NCBI GenBank assembly: GCA_964016885.1
Contig: OZ024740.1
Coordinates: 70,866,001-70,930,000, forward strand
Length of the DNA: 64,000 nucleotides
Reading direction: 5' to 3'
Source: Eledone cirrhosa
Lineage: Eukaryota
Shown here: piece after piece, positions 51,635-64,000 of the stretch
How positions within the stretch are numbered: the first letter of the stretch is position 1
How the letters are laid out: every line of letters starts with the position of its first letter
The notes under the pieces: generated by a model
Database searches by the model: none
The model's input: the letters and a program-made list of their open reading frames with translations, nothing else
Told to the model about the DNA's origin: nothing
Translations under genes and position numbers: made by a program

Positions 51635-52140
51635 TGAATGTATGTATGTATGTATGTATGTATGTTTGTGTGTGTGTGTATGTATGTATTTATGCGTGTA
51701 TGAATGCATGTATGTATATACGTATGAATGCATGTATGTGTGTACGTGTGTGTTTATGTACGCATATGTGTTTGTATGTATGTATAAATGTGTGTATCTA
51801 TATATGTGTACATGTATGTACGCAAGTGTATTTGTATGTATATTTATACTTATGCCTGTATCCATGTATGTATGGTTGTATGCACTTATGTATTTATGTA
51901 TGTTCTTCTGGTTTTATGATTTCACAAAGTAGTTTTACCAATAGAGAGAGAGTCGGTTTCTAACATAGACACAAGACTCTCTCATTGGAATTTACACAAC
52001 ATCAACTAGGTAGATATGTATGCATGTCTGCATGCATGCATGTGTAGATATGGATGTTATTGTAGGTGTGGATGTGTATGTTTTGAGTTGTATGTGTGCA
52101 TGTGTATATGCTTAGTATCTGTACATGTGTATATGCAGTT

Positions 52141-52537
52141 ATTAGATGCAAAGTTTTTGGAATGTTTTACATATTTTTACTGTCCATTAATGAATTGTAC
52201 TTGTAGTTTCCTAACTAGTTGTGTTCTTTCTGTTCCTGTGAAGCCCAGCTTTTCAAGATTTGTACTGAGGCAGTTACTAACATATCCCAGTGCCCCCAAT
52301 AATCACAGGCATAAATCTGAAGGTGTAATCAGGGTGGCGTATCTGCAGTTTTCTCATCAGTTCTGCATAAATATTCTCCTTTTCGCTAATCTTTGATATT
52401 ATATTGGCATCTGCTGGGCTGCTAACTTCCACTACTGTGCATGCCTTCTTTTCCCTGTCCCATATCATAATATCTGGTCTGTTATGCCTGCATTTTATTG
52501 GGGTTTTTACTGGGACATTCCACCAGTAATCTTTCAT
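52141..52537 (-). pseudogene. 5'-truncated R4/Dong-like RLE fragment, related to 13827-15371
   Basis: KDYWWNVPVKT..RHNRPDIMIWD..VEVSSP..EKENIY..KICKTF; 5' junction in (CATA)n-like repeat. Confidence 0.85.
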
Positions 52538-52550
52538 ATATGTATATATG

Positions 52551-52584
<34 letters not shown>

Positions 52585-52598
52585 TGTATGTATGTATG

Positions 52599-53059
52599 TG
52601 AGTCTATTTGAGGAAACAAGAAGAAGGCACGCGACACTAAAAAGATATGTCTGGAAAGGAATCCACGTTGGCCTTCTCGAAGGCACTGACAGACGGCCTG
52701 ACCTGACATGTGAGACCTGTAATAGGGTTTGTCTGAGCATGGCAGGTCTAAAGAGTCACCTGAGAGTGCACAAAAACAGGGAAGCAGGCACCTGTGGAGC
52801 TATAAGTGTTCATCAGATGACATGTAATATTTGTGGAAGGGTATGCAGGTCGAGTAGTGATCTCACACGACACCTTGGGTCACATGGTACCATGGGCCCA
52901 GCACTAGGTATCAATAATTGTCACAAGTGTAGTGTTTGTACCAGAGTTTTCAAGTCGCTGGCTGGACTAAAAATCATACTCGTTCAGCGCATCAGTGGGG
53001 GTTCTCCTGCATGGATATAAAGTAGTGGCCGTACTCGAAAACGAGTTGGCAGCCACCAT
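52599..53059 (+). mobile_element. 3' end of the putative autonomous RTE partner, encoding three C2H2-type Zn fingers
   Basis: CETCNRVCLSMAGLKSHLRVH, CNICGRVCRSSSDLTRHLGSH, CSVCTRVFKSLAGLK; last ~180 bp match the bipartite element; (TATG)n at both ends. Confidence 0.8.
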
Positions 53060-53084
53060 GTATGTATATATGAATGTATGTAGT

Positions 53085-53385
53085 GAGAGCGCGTGACTGA
53101 GTGGTTAGGGTATTTGACACACGATCGTAAGATTATGAGTTCGATTCTCGGCGGCTGGTTGTGTCCTGGATCAAGGCATGTTAATTCACGTCACTCCAGT
53201 TCACTCAGCTGGCAAAATAAGTTGTACCTGTAATTTAAATGGCCAGCCTTGTCACATTCTATGAAAACTACGTTAAGAGTACATGTGTCTGTGGAATGCT
53301 CAGCCACTTGCATGTTAATTTCACGAACATGCTGTCCCATTGATCGTATCAACTGGAACCTTCGTTGTCTTAACTGACGGTGTGT
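53085..53385 (+). mobile_element. Second tRNA-derived SINE family
   Basis: A box TGACTGAGTGG, B box GAGTTCGATTC, body ttgtgtcc..caaggca..ctccagttcactcagctg and cacttgcatgttaatttcacg. Confidence 0.7.
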
Positions 53386-53468
53386 CAGTTTATGTATGTG
53401 TGTATGTATGCATGTATATATGTATGTATGGATGTATGTATGTGTGTATGCATGTATGTATGTATTAT

Positions 53469-54032
53469 GTCAGGTCACCAGTTGGTGCTACTGGTCACAT
53501 GTATCCCAGTACAACCTGTCTCATGGTCGGGTCGTTGGCGACTAAACTGGTTTCTTGGTGAGGAAGGTGACTTTGGACATCCTGCAAGACTAAAAACAAA
53601 ACCTGTCAAAGGGCAAAGGAGCTCTTAAGAGTCAATGGCCATCCAAAATCACAGGGAGAATTCTATAAGGAAAACTCTGATATAACACCTGCAACCCTGA
53701 TGGTATCCAATGATGTTGACTTGTTCTTCTTTTTGGTAAATATCATCTTGGTTAAGAGAGTGGGACTGGCTTTGTGCAGTGCCTTTGCTCACTATAAAAG
53801 CTTCACGGCACAGGCATTGCTTTATATCTGGAGATCTCTCTGCACTTGTCGTCACATGGTACCATGGGCCCAGCACTATGTGTCAATAATTGTCACAAGT
53901 GTAGTGTTTGTACCAGAGTTTTCAAGTCGCTGGCTGGACTAAAAAGTCACACTCGTTCAGCGCATCGGTAGGGGTTCTCCTACATGGATATAAAGTAGTG
54001 GCCGTACTCGAAAACGAGTTGGCAGCCACCAT
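53469..54032 (+). mobile_element. RTE-derived bipartite non-autonomous element, full length with small internal deletions
   Basis: Reverse-complement match to 15389-15991; TATG-rich flanks. Confidence 0.85.
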
Positions 54033-54595
54033 GTATTATGTATGTGTGTGTCTTTATATATGTATGCACGCATGAATGTATATATGTACTATGTACGTAT
54101 GTATGTATTATGTATGATTGCATGTATGTATGTACGTATATATGTATGTATGTATGTATGTATGCATGTATGTATGTATGCATGTATGTATGTATGCATG
54201 TATGTATGTATATATGTATGTATGTAAGCCATTTTTTTATGTCAGGTACAAGCCGAGACAATAAACAAACAGTCAGACAGAACGTGGAAAACTCATATAT
54301 TTGAAGATTTAGAGTCGAGTTCAAAATGTCTACGAGCCTACTTGACCTTTGACCATGTTTGGTGTCAAATTAGGAAGGTAAATAATATCCGATGGGGGTG
54401 TACATTAAACAGGATGTCCAGAGATTCCACTTGGGAGTAAAAGTCAACGAAGTAACGACCATTAGCTTTTATTGTTCACTCTATTCAGGTACAGACAAAA
54501 TTGCTTACACACACACACATACATATATATATACAAGCAAACATACATACATACATACATACATACATACATACATACATACATACATACATACA

Positions 54596-54627
<32 letters not shown>

Positions 54628-54795
54628 ACCAATCGGTTCCCTCGAATGGAATTGGAGATATACAAAAGCGTGGAGAACTTAATATTGCTAACATAAAGTT
54701 ATTGGACCATTTTACACAACCAATAATGCACCTTACTATATAACAACTTAAAGCTCCTATTTTTGTTGAGCACTTAATACTGTTAAGCAAGGAAT

Positions 54796-57450
54796 ATGAT
54801 GGAGAAATTCTCGGTGAACTCTTCACTTAAGGACATCCCTTGCCCGACATAAAAGAATTCACAAGGTTGGCCATAGGTAAATCGGATTCATTTGTCCGTA
54901 GAATGCGTTGGAAGGCCTTCCATTTCGACAGAGGAACACCAACAAACCACCCCAGGGAGGGAACGCGCGGCATAGAGGAAATATTCAAATCCAGAAGAAA
55001 TCCACCACACAATAAATACTTGGAGGAATTCGAGACTGAAATGTCTAACATAGTGTCCAACTTTAAGTTTAGGAAAAACCCACTCAGGAGAAAAAGTTAC
55101 CTGAGACGACTAAATGGTGATCTAGTAAAATTAAAGAACTCGACCGGTATTTTAGTGCACGCAGATAAGACTAACAACCTGTACGATATGGATAGAGTAA
55201 CTTATGATGATTCGATAACCAGAGAACTTAGGAAAAGCTACAGAAAAACTACACGGGCCAACCTGGATTTAATTAACACGAAGGCCAATAGCATCATGAT
55301 TAAACTGGGTATTGAGGATAAAACCGAACCCTTCCATCCTAGAACCCCGAGGATTTTGCTGAAGGACCACAAATTGAACTTTGAATCATTAAGACCTGTC
55401 AGGCTGATAGCCCCTTTGAAGTCGGGCATAGGAATCGTAAGTAAAAACATCCTTGATAAAATAATCTCCACTCTAGTTAGGAGATCGAAGCTCAAGTTGT
55501 GGTCAAGAACTAGTGAGGTAATTAACTGGTTTGAGAAATCGCAGAATAAGAATAGCACTAAGTTTATACAGTTCGATATCTCTAATTACTACTCTTCAAT
55601 CTTTCCAACTCTTCTAGGTAGGGCCCTTAACTTTGCTAGCTTACACACCGACCTTACATCCGAGGAAATTAGCATTATTCTCCTAGCTAGGAAAACCTTA
55701 ATTGAATTCAACGGTGACCTGTGGACTAGGAGGGATTGGCTAGACAATTTCGACATCACCATGGGATCCACGGACTCGGCCCAGGTGACGGATCTGGTGG
55801 GCCTTTACCTCCTTGACTGTCTCGGAGCGGAAATGCCCCACCTGGGAAGCGGCGCTTACCGTGACGACATCTTGTTTACTGTGTCGTTCCATAATAATAG
55901 TATGGTAAAGAGGGTGAGGAAAAAAACTTAGCAAATTCTTCAAGAGCATAGACCTAAGTATAGTATTTGAAGAGAATTTTAAAATAGTTAATTTTCTAGA
56001 TGTTACACTTAACCTCAATTCAGGACTCCTCCAACCCTACCACAAACCCAACGAGAATCTAAACTATGTCAACGCAAAATCGAACCACCTTAGAATAGTC
56101 ACTAACGGTATTACCAAAAGCGTCTCTAGTAGAATTTCAGGACTATCTTCCAATGTAGATACCTTTAATAAGATCTCGAATTACTATAATAGCGCCCTGG
56201 AACGCGCAGGGCATAGCGAGGGAATCTCATTCAAACGTCCATTAAATAGTAGAAGTAACATTGCCCGCGATAGCTTAGGCCTAAATAGTGACACTCTAGT
56301 TAACAGCAGGCGTGATACGAGGGAGGATTCATATAGTCTTCATGTTGTACTGCCGCCTAGTCCCAGTGCTGTTGGTACTAATAGAAACAGCCACCCAGGT
56401 ACTAACACTGGGTCTGAGCAACGTAACGCCAGTGGAAACTCTTAATTGTGGAACCGATAAAACTACCGTTGAACGCAGTATGGAACGAGGGTCGAGTGGG
56501 GGGAATAGGGACAGGTGTAGCAGACGCATAGCGGATACAACCCCAGCTATCGAGGGTAACCCCAATAGCCGCACGGAGGGTACACCGCCCTGGATACTTG
56601 GGACGATTCCGAACACAATCGTGACACCCCAGGACACCATCGACCCACAGGTAATTTCCAGTTACAATAGACCAGTAACTACTAGGGAGACAGGTAATTC
56701 TAATATAGTTAGTAGGAACAAGAGGCATCGGACCAGAAAAGTCCTGTGGTATAATCCCCCTTACTCCACTGGTCTGACCACTAGTATAGCTAAGCTTTTA
56801 TTTAGGGCCTTAGACAAATGCTTCCCTAGATCGCACAGATATTATAAAATATTCAATAGGAATACCATCAAGCTGTCCTACTCCACAACTAGTAACATAG
56901 CTCAGAATATAGCTAAGATGAATTATAGTAGACTTAGGACAGCCCATGAGGGAATTAGGGATGGCAGGAACAATGGCAGCTCTATTGAGGAACTGACTCA
57001 TACACTTGAGGCGAGTCGGGTCTCCCCAACCCCAGGGAATTTACCCATAGAGCAGACTGGAACTGAGACCCGACCCCAAAGGTACCGTGGTCCATCAGGA
57101 ACTACCCAGATCGATAGCAAAAAATGTAACTGCAGAAGCACCGCCACCTGCCCCATGACTGGGAAATGCCTTACCAAAAACATAGTCTACGACTGTAAGG
57201 TCTCAACTCAGGATAGAACCTTTAGGTATGTTGGGGCAACTGCCACGGAATTTAAGGATAGATGGTATAATCACCGCTATACCTTTAATAGATTAGATTT
57301 TAAAAATAGCACGGCACTTTCGGAATTAGTGTGGAAGCTTAAACATCAGAATATAGAGCACTCCTTATCCTGGTCCATAGTTTGCTCAGCCCAACCTTAT
57401 AACGGCAGCACTGGCGTCTGCAATTTATGGATAGCTGAAACTTTTAATAT
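54796..57450 (+). pseudogene. Penelope-like element (probably Naiad clade) RT + GIY-YIG endonuclease, disrupted, C-terminus missing
   Basis: SSLKDIP, RRMRWKA, HADKTNN, QFDISNYYSSI, TMGS, AYRDD, FLDVTL, WYNPPYS, KIFNRNTIKLSYS, CNCR..CPM.GKCL..IVY..YVG..FKDRWYNH; frameshift near 54840 and stop at 55929. Confidence 0.9.
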
Positions 57451-57675
57451 TATGATCATTTCAATGACCGGGTTCCGTATGAATCCGGTGATATCATCAG
57501 GTATTCGAAATATAATAAATGAATGTAATAGATAAAATCCATGGGTATGAAAATCGGTCGTCCTCGGGTCTATGATTTTCAGCCCCATGGATTTTATCTA
57601 TTACATTCATTTATTATATTTCGAATACCTGATATCACCGGATTCATACGGAACCCGGTCATTGAAATGATCATA
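57451..57675. repeat. ~100-bp-arm inverted repeat carrying a hammerhead motif in each arm
   Basis: Left arm (minus strand) CTGATGA-TATCACCGG..CCGGTCATT-GAAATGATCATA; right arm has a 3-nt core deletion but retains stem I ATAC/GTAT. Confidence 0.85.
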
Positions 57676-57979
57676 GTATAATAAACCTTTCAAGGATTTA
57701 CACAAGTCCAGCCTCCTGTAATTATATTATAATATTTAACTCCGTACTAGCACCACCAACTACAAAAACGAAGACGGTTGAACTGCTTTACGTTGAGTAC
57801 TCTCCATATTATTACATTAAGATTGACTATACGGAATTGACCAGCTCTATCCAGTGGTGAACCTTCAAACCTAAATATATATATATATAATATAAAAGAA
57901 TCTACAGGACTAGAACTGTTTCATTCGTGAGAAATCATCAGGAAGCTTACTTACTGTGGTTACCTCCGATTCAACCCGG

Positions 57980-58079
<100 letters not shown>

Positions 58080-58178
58080 AATATATAGATTTACATATAC
58101 ATAAACTAGACTGAGCCATAGATATATGTGTGTGTTTTTTTGGCAACCATTCACGGTGTGGCTCAATGACGAATTAAT

Positions 58179-58392
58179 TAATTAAATAATCAACAATCAG
58201 AGCAATATACAAGAAAGTAAGCCCATAGAATCATTTGATAAAATATATACAGTATTTCCTCTCCCAATCAGCATAATCAGCCACACAAAAATAAATTAAA
58301 CAAGGCTATAAGATCAAAAAGCACCTATGAAGAAACAATAGATAATGATTCTATGGACGTACTTTCTTGTATATTGCTCTGATTGTTGATTA

Positions 58393-58400
<8 letters not shown>
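58179..58400. repeat. ~57-bp inverted repeats with ~110-bp spacer, abutting (TA)n
   Basis: 58179-58235 vs 58344-58400. Confidence 0.85.
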
Positions 58401-58478
<78 letters not shown>

Positions 58479-58742
58479 TACATATGTGTGTGAATGTGTG
58501 TTTGTGAGTGTGTGTGTGAGAGAGAGTTGGTGGGGGGCGGGGTATTTTGTTTTTAATGTATATATATATATATATATAGAATAAAATGAAGTTTCACATT
58601 GAGGTTTTAGGTTTTTATTGATTAGGGTCAGTTACGAACGTTTCAGAAATGGATGGCTCAGGATCCATATTAGTGTTATAGACCCGACTCCAACCTCAAT
58701 TATATACATATATATATATTATATATATATATAGAGAGAGAG

Positions 58743-58828
<86 letters not shown>

Positions 58829-58880
58829 AACATATATATACATGACTGGAAAATTTAATTCAGAATTTTAATTCCACGAA

Positions 58881-58955
58881 AACACTACACATATTTCGAT
58901 GGTCCAGCTCTAACATCCGATTATGATGCGAGACAAAGCGATTTCGTCAGGTGTT
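58881..58955 (-). ncRNA. Type I hammerhead motif with long, imperfect stem II
   Basis: Minus strand AACAC-CTGACGA...CATC-GAAATATGTGTA-GTGTT. Confidence 0.65.
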
Positions 58956-59184
58956 ATTTGCAGGATTATGTAACAGGATTACGTTGAACCCAAACATAGA
59001 ATGGGAGATAGGAGATAGAGAAAGAATAGAAAATAGTAAATAGAATATTCTATTTGGGGACAGCCTGCAACTATGGCGTTATAGCGATAATAGATGGATA
59101 TATCAGGGTTTTTCCAGTTTTTAACTAGTAAGACCCTTATTCAACAGAGTTCTCGATACTTGTGATAGTAATGTGTGATTAAAT

Positions 59185-59364
59185 TGGTAGTATAGGTACA
59201 GCGTCTGACACCATGCTTTGCAGCATAGAGTTAAGGCCTTTTACGTTCTGAGTTCAAATCCCGCCGAGGTTAACTTAGCGTTTCATCTTTACGGGGTCGA
59301 TAAAATAAAGCACCAGTAATGCACTGGTTAATTGCTGGCCTTGTGCCAACAGTAGAACAATTAT
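59185..59364 (+). mobile_element. tRNA-derived SINE
   Basis: B box, core and tail as 46515-46703. Confidence 0.8.
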
Positions 59365-60584
59365 TTCACACCCATACCTACATAGATAACGAAACATACA
59401 GACACACACATATATACATACATATGCGCAAGCACACGCGCGAACACACACAACCACTCCCTGAAAATATATAAAAACTGCTTATCCATTTAATGCTACG
59501 TACGTCAATCACCCGCAAGCCTCTTCCCTGGCGAGATGGCTCTTTCACAACAGATAGTTTTATCACCAGTCTGGAATTAGCTGTCGAAACGGCAAGAGCT
59601 CAGCTGTCGAGCCCCAACTCTCTCTCTAATACATACATACCTATACATGTTTATGTACATGATGTTATTAATTTCACCATCAATATATATATTCATATAT
59701 GGATGGTGAAATTAATAACATGCGTATATTTATATATACACACACATATGAGTATACATATATATACATACCTATATGTATACATACATACATACATACA
59801 TACATACATACATACATACATACATACATACATACATACATACATACATACATACATACATACATACATTTTTAATCGCAAGGCTATGCTTGAACTACAT
59901 CATCATTATCATCATCACTCGTAGATCTTTTTTATTGTTTACGGGAAGTGGGAGGTTGATGTTGGCGACGTTTCCTGTAACATTCAAATGTGTGTTGTTT
60001 GCTTTCCACTACTACATGCACGAAAACTGTATGATAGAAGGATGTAACAAACAGCATTGAAAACAACACAAATAATCTTTCATGTAGACAATAAAGAACT
60101 TCTATATTTTTTTGAAACCAAACGTTTACTGCACATTATTTACAAAAGCGGTCTGTGTTAGCATACTATTTACAAAATATGAAGTGTGGGTTCGATTCTC
60201 GCACGCGTTTATGCGCATTTTTTTTTTTTTTTCGTTCTTGGGGTTTATATGCCCTGTTATTTGACAATTTTCTGTACGACAAAATCCAATTCAAATGCGT
60301 AGAAATGTCCGTGATCTCCAGCAGACAACTGATGGAGGTAAATATCCCCCGTTCGTGCCTTCCTCCCTCTTATATATATATATATATTTAATATATTAAT
60401 ATATTTAATACATTAACAGAGAAAGCTTTAAGCTATACTCTGACTGGCTTCCATCTCACTCAACAAACATTAGGATATACCTTAGTATAATCCCAATTTT
60501 ACGTTTGGGGTGCTAACTATATGTATTTTGCGGAAAGCCAGTTGTATTATTTTATATGAGACATAATTAAAATATATCTCCCTT

Positions 60585-60705
60585 TCCAAACAATTGTTTC
60601 ATTATAAGTTTTCTACAAGTTGGGAGAATGTGTCCAGGTTATGTAGAAGCCTGCACATATTCCGTAGGCATATATGCAGGTGGGCACTTATAAATCATCA
60701 GTGGA
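60585..60705 (-). ncRNA. Type I hammerhead with branched stem II (copy 1)
   Basis: TCCA-CTGATGA-TTTATAAGT-[two hairpins]-ACTTATAAT-GAAACAATTGTT-TGGA. Confidence 0.78.
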
Positions 60706-61314
60706 TGCCTGTCAAACATCGATATAAAAAAACTCTCTTACCGATGTCAAATCCAATGTTAGCGATGGTCCCTCTCCGTATCAGAATGACCGCCAAATTT
60801 GAAATTCCAGCAGTCTCAGAATGAGAAATTTTACGCTGTCATCAAGCGGAAAGGGGAGGTCATCGCGAAACATAAGAAAGTAAAATAATATACACGCGGG
60901 TCAATTAATTTTTTCAACAATTTTAACCTTGCGTGTGAAGAACTCAATTAGATTTTTTTAAAATAAATATATGCATGTATTATTTATACACGCATATTGG
61001 TATTTTCTTAGGCTAAAAACAGAGATATGATACCAGAATAACAATCAATATTTCATAGTAATAATAAATACGGAAATTTACGCTTAAAAGGTATCTGGAA
61101 ATATTCATCTCAGGTCAAATCAAGAGTATAATATTTAATACATTAACAGAGAAAGCTTTAAGCTATACTCTGACTGGCTTCCATCTCACTCAACAAACAT
61201 TAGGATATACCTTAGTATAATCCCAATTTTACGTTTGGGGTGCTAACTATATGTATTTTGCGGAAAGCCAGTTGTATTATTTTATATGAGACATAATTAA
61301 AATATATCTCCCTT

Positions 61315-61435
61315 TCCAAACAATTGTTTCATTATAAGTTTTCTACAAGTTGGGAGAATGTGTCCAGGTTATGTAGAAGCCTGCACATATTCCGTAGGAA
61401 TATATGCAGGTGGGCACTTATAAATCATCAGTGGA
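61315..61435 (-). ncRNA. Type I hammerhead with branched stem II (copy 2)
   Basis: Same as 60585-60705 apart from a loop substitution. Confidence 0.78.
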
Positions 61436-61455
61436 TATATATATATATATGGATG

Positions 61456-61486
<31 letters not shown>

Positions 61487-61518
61487 CATACACATATATA
61501 TACATATATATATGTATG

Positions 61519-61555
<37 letters not shown>

Positions 61556-61559
<4 letters not shown>

Positions 61560-61737
61560 GTTTCTACTTTTTTGGCACAAGGCCAGCAATTACCCAGTAC
61601 ATTACTGGTACTTTATTTTATCTACCCCGTCTAAGGATGAAAGGCAAAGTTAACCTCGGCGGGATTTGGACTCAGACTGTAAAGGGACGTAACTATGCTA
61701 GAAAGCATGTCGTTCAACCCTCTACCGATACTGCCAA
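61556..61737 (-). mobile_element. tRNA-derived SINE
   Basis: Core and tail as 46515-46703. Confidence 0.8.
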
Positions 61738-61831
<94 letters not shown>

Positions 61832-62591
61832 CACACACACACATATAGCGAAATCTTCAGGTTGTAAATCTACGGGTATTTAAGCCCAGCTGAAATTCAG
61901 TTTCACTCTCTTGCCTCTCCTCCCTTTGCTTGTTGACAGCCAACCCCCCGCCCCCTCCCCTCCCTGCAGCAGTCACTGCTCAATAAGGCTCTACTGTACA
62001 CAAAGCAACATCTTATTTTGACCATTGTCTCTGCATTCGTACATTCACTAACAAATTCCACCATATCGCAACGAAATGCTTTTATCTGTGAACATTACAT
62101 TTAACGACCTTTTGACGAACACACTCTGTTATTTTAAATATTTATAGTATTCTGGTTGTGTTATATATTGTACAAGTGGTCGTTGTATACCATGAAACGA
62201 ATAAAAACATCAAAATTAACAGTTTGGCTTCCTTGTAGGTCTATTCTAATCCATTGTTGATCCTGCTCGTTTTTCTACCACATCAATTAGCACGTACAAT
62301 ACCAAATCAATGACTAACTTCAACAAGCGTCAACACAACCGCCAAAATCAACATAGCAGCAAACAACCACATATCTCGTTAAAATGACATATATACTGTA
62401 TAAACAAAAGTTTCGACCTGGGATATTATTAAAACTAGGGTTATGACTTTTTGACATTTTGTAAAATAATTATATTCCTGTATCATAATTCGATGAACTT
62501 TTGTTAAAAAATAATGAAGGAAGGTTTAATTTTGCTTATTTTTTAAACACCCCAACACGAAATTTCTAAATCGTATATAAGTATAGTAGCT

Positions 62592-62663
62592 CTATGACTT
62601 TCTGGAGCCTTCTATGACTTTCTGGAACCTTCTAGAACTTTTTGAAACCTTCTAGAACTTTCT
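62592..62663. repeat. 20-bp tandem repeat (about 3.5 units) upstream of a transposase remnant
   Basis: ctatgactttctggagcctt / ctatgactttctggaacctt / ctagaactttttgaaacctt. Confidence 0.8.
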
Positions 62664-62667
62664 AAAA

Positions 62668-63425
62668 ATGTATGATGTGCATGGTGAATGGGTGTGTAGT
62701 GAGGACAGGCGGTTATATCATCTTCAGATCGAAAGCAAAGGACATGTTGGGTATACAACTCGAAAGACTGTGAGTTCCAAAACTATTCATCCATCCAAAA
62801 GAAGAAAAGTGACCTTGGAGTATACTACAACAGTAACAACAACATCTTCAACTTCCGAATCAGAGATCCAATCAGAGAGTGAGTATGAAGAGTCCGAAAG
62901 TTCTGGAGAACAATTTACAAGAAAACGAAAGAAGTATAGCAAAACCAAACTAGTAACATCTTCAAACTTATCAATAAGCAAAGCAACAAATGTTTGTCAG
63001 GAGTTATCTTCAGAGATTGACGTTGAGACACGTTCCCAATCTGGTATTTACAGGTCTAGTATCAAAGAAGCTGTTAAACTTAAAAAAGAAATGAAGAAAG
63101 CACTACACTTAGAAAATTGGTCAATGCATTTTAATGGTAAACGAATTGATGGCCAAGTGCTCGTTTTGAAGAATGAAAGAAGAAAAGTTAAGTAAGAAGC
63201 GTATAACTGTTGTCAAAAGCATAACAGCTGTTCTGGATGAATACAGTTTATGGAAGAGCATAAAAATAATTGTTGTGGACATTACAAAGGTGTATACTGG
63301 GAGCAGGAACAGGATTGTCGTTCAGTTACAAATACTATTTGTTGAACAGAAACTGGAAGAACCAAAATTAATTGGCTGTCAACATTATGTTGTTGACCGA
63401 ATGGATGACAAAATAGAGGGAAAGA
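62668..63425 (+). pseudogene. DDE DNA-transposase remnant (hAT/hATm-like, CxxH motif)
   Basis: WSMHFNGKRI (HFDGK-like), VVDITKVYTG (DT..NTG-like), IGCQHY (CxxH-like); superfamily assignment tentative. Confidence 0.55.
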
Positions 63426-63429
63426 ACAC

Positions 63430-63510
<81 letters not shown>

Positions 63511-63514
<4 letters not shown>

Positions 63515-64000
63515 CTTGACCGACCAGTCTGTCGGGCGTCCATTCAGCGGCGGCGCTGGTCACAGCACGCCGTCCATTCCTCTCTGGATCGTGCTTTCCT
63601 CATCCATGTATTCCCAATCGTATTCTTAAAATCGTAACTCCACCCTCGTGGAGGCCTTCCGAGTGGTCGTTTCCGCTCGCGCGGGTACCACTCGGCAACT
63701 GCGCGGGTCCACCGATTATCGGTGAACCGGGCGACGTGTCCAGCCCATCTGAACTTGCTGCGCATATATTCCGTGATGACGTCCCTCACGCCGGACTTCT
63801 GTCTGATGACTTCGCTCCTGATGTGCTCTCTCAACGAGATTCCTGCATGGCTCTTTGAGCCGTTACCAGCCTCTGCTCTTCTCTCTTCGTTGTAGCCCAA
63901 GTTTCAGTGCCATATAACATTGTAGGTAAAACTGTGCTATTGAAGAGGTTGGCGCGGGTGGTCTTGTCCAACCTCCCCTTGAGCACATCCCTTATGCCGT
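63511..64000 (-). mobile_element. RTE-1-like LINE 3' end (RT C-terminus), runs off the window end
   Basis: STVLPTMLYGTETW, KFRWAGHVAR.TDNRW...WYPRERKRPLGRPP..W; ends at (TA)n. Confidence 0.88.

Larger units (their letters stand above)
60403..61435 (-). mobile_element. Tandem hammerhead-bearing non-coding element, 730-bp period (retrozyme-like or non-autonomous Penelope)
   Basis: ~300-bp direct repeats, each with an intact hammerhead core; TA-rich flanks. Confidence 0.8.

Noticed and set aside
60800-60848. Possible SECIS on the minus strand (ATGA-CAGCGT-AAAA...GCTG-GA)
   Set aside because: Helix between the core and the AA loop is only about 5 bp, far shorter than a canonical SECIS
60403-61435. 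LTR retrotransposon/TRIM interpretation of the direct repeats
   Set aside because: No TG...CA termini, primer-binding site or polypurine tract seen; hammerheads and TA flanks fit Penelope/retrozyme better

Overview
AT-rich, microsatellite-dense eukaryotic (metazoan) DNA with no recognisable host gene; nearly all short ORFs in the track are translated microsatellites or antisense frames. The SINE family and repeat landscape suggest an octopod cephalopod (inference). The window is a mosaic of transposable elements: four Tx1/L1-clade LINE copies, R4/Dong-type RLE retrotransposons, RTE LINEs and a bipartite RTE-derived non-autonomous element, a Naiad-like Penelope element, mariner/Tc1 and hAT-like remnants, and tRNA-derived SINEs. 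Main observation: retroelements are partitioned by microsatellite, each in a fixed orientation. Tx1 copies sit in (TATC)n, RTE-derived and R4 copies sit in (TATG)n/(CATA)n on opposite strands, and Penelope-type fragments sit in or near (TA)n. Also found: about a dozen type I hammerhead-ribozyme motifs, some with branched stem II, including a 730-nt tandem hammerhead unit (retrozyme-like) at 60.4-61.4 kb, and recurrent fold-back hairpin elements. All structures were read by eye; boundaries are approximate and nothing was searched against databases.
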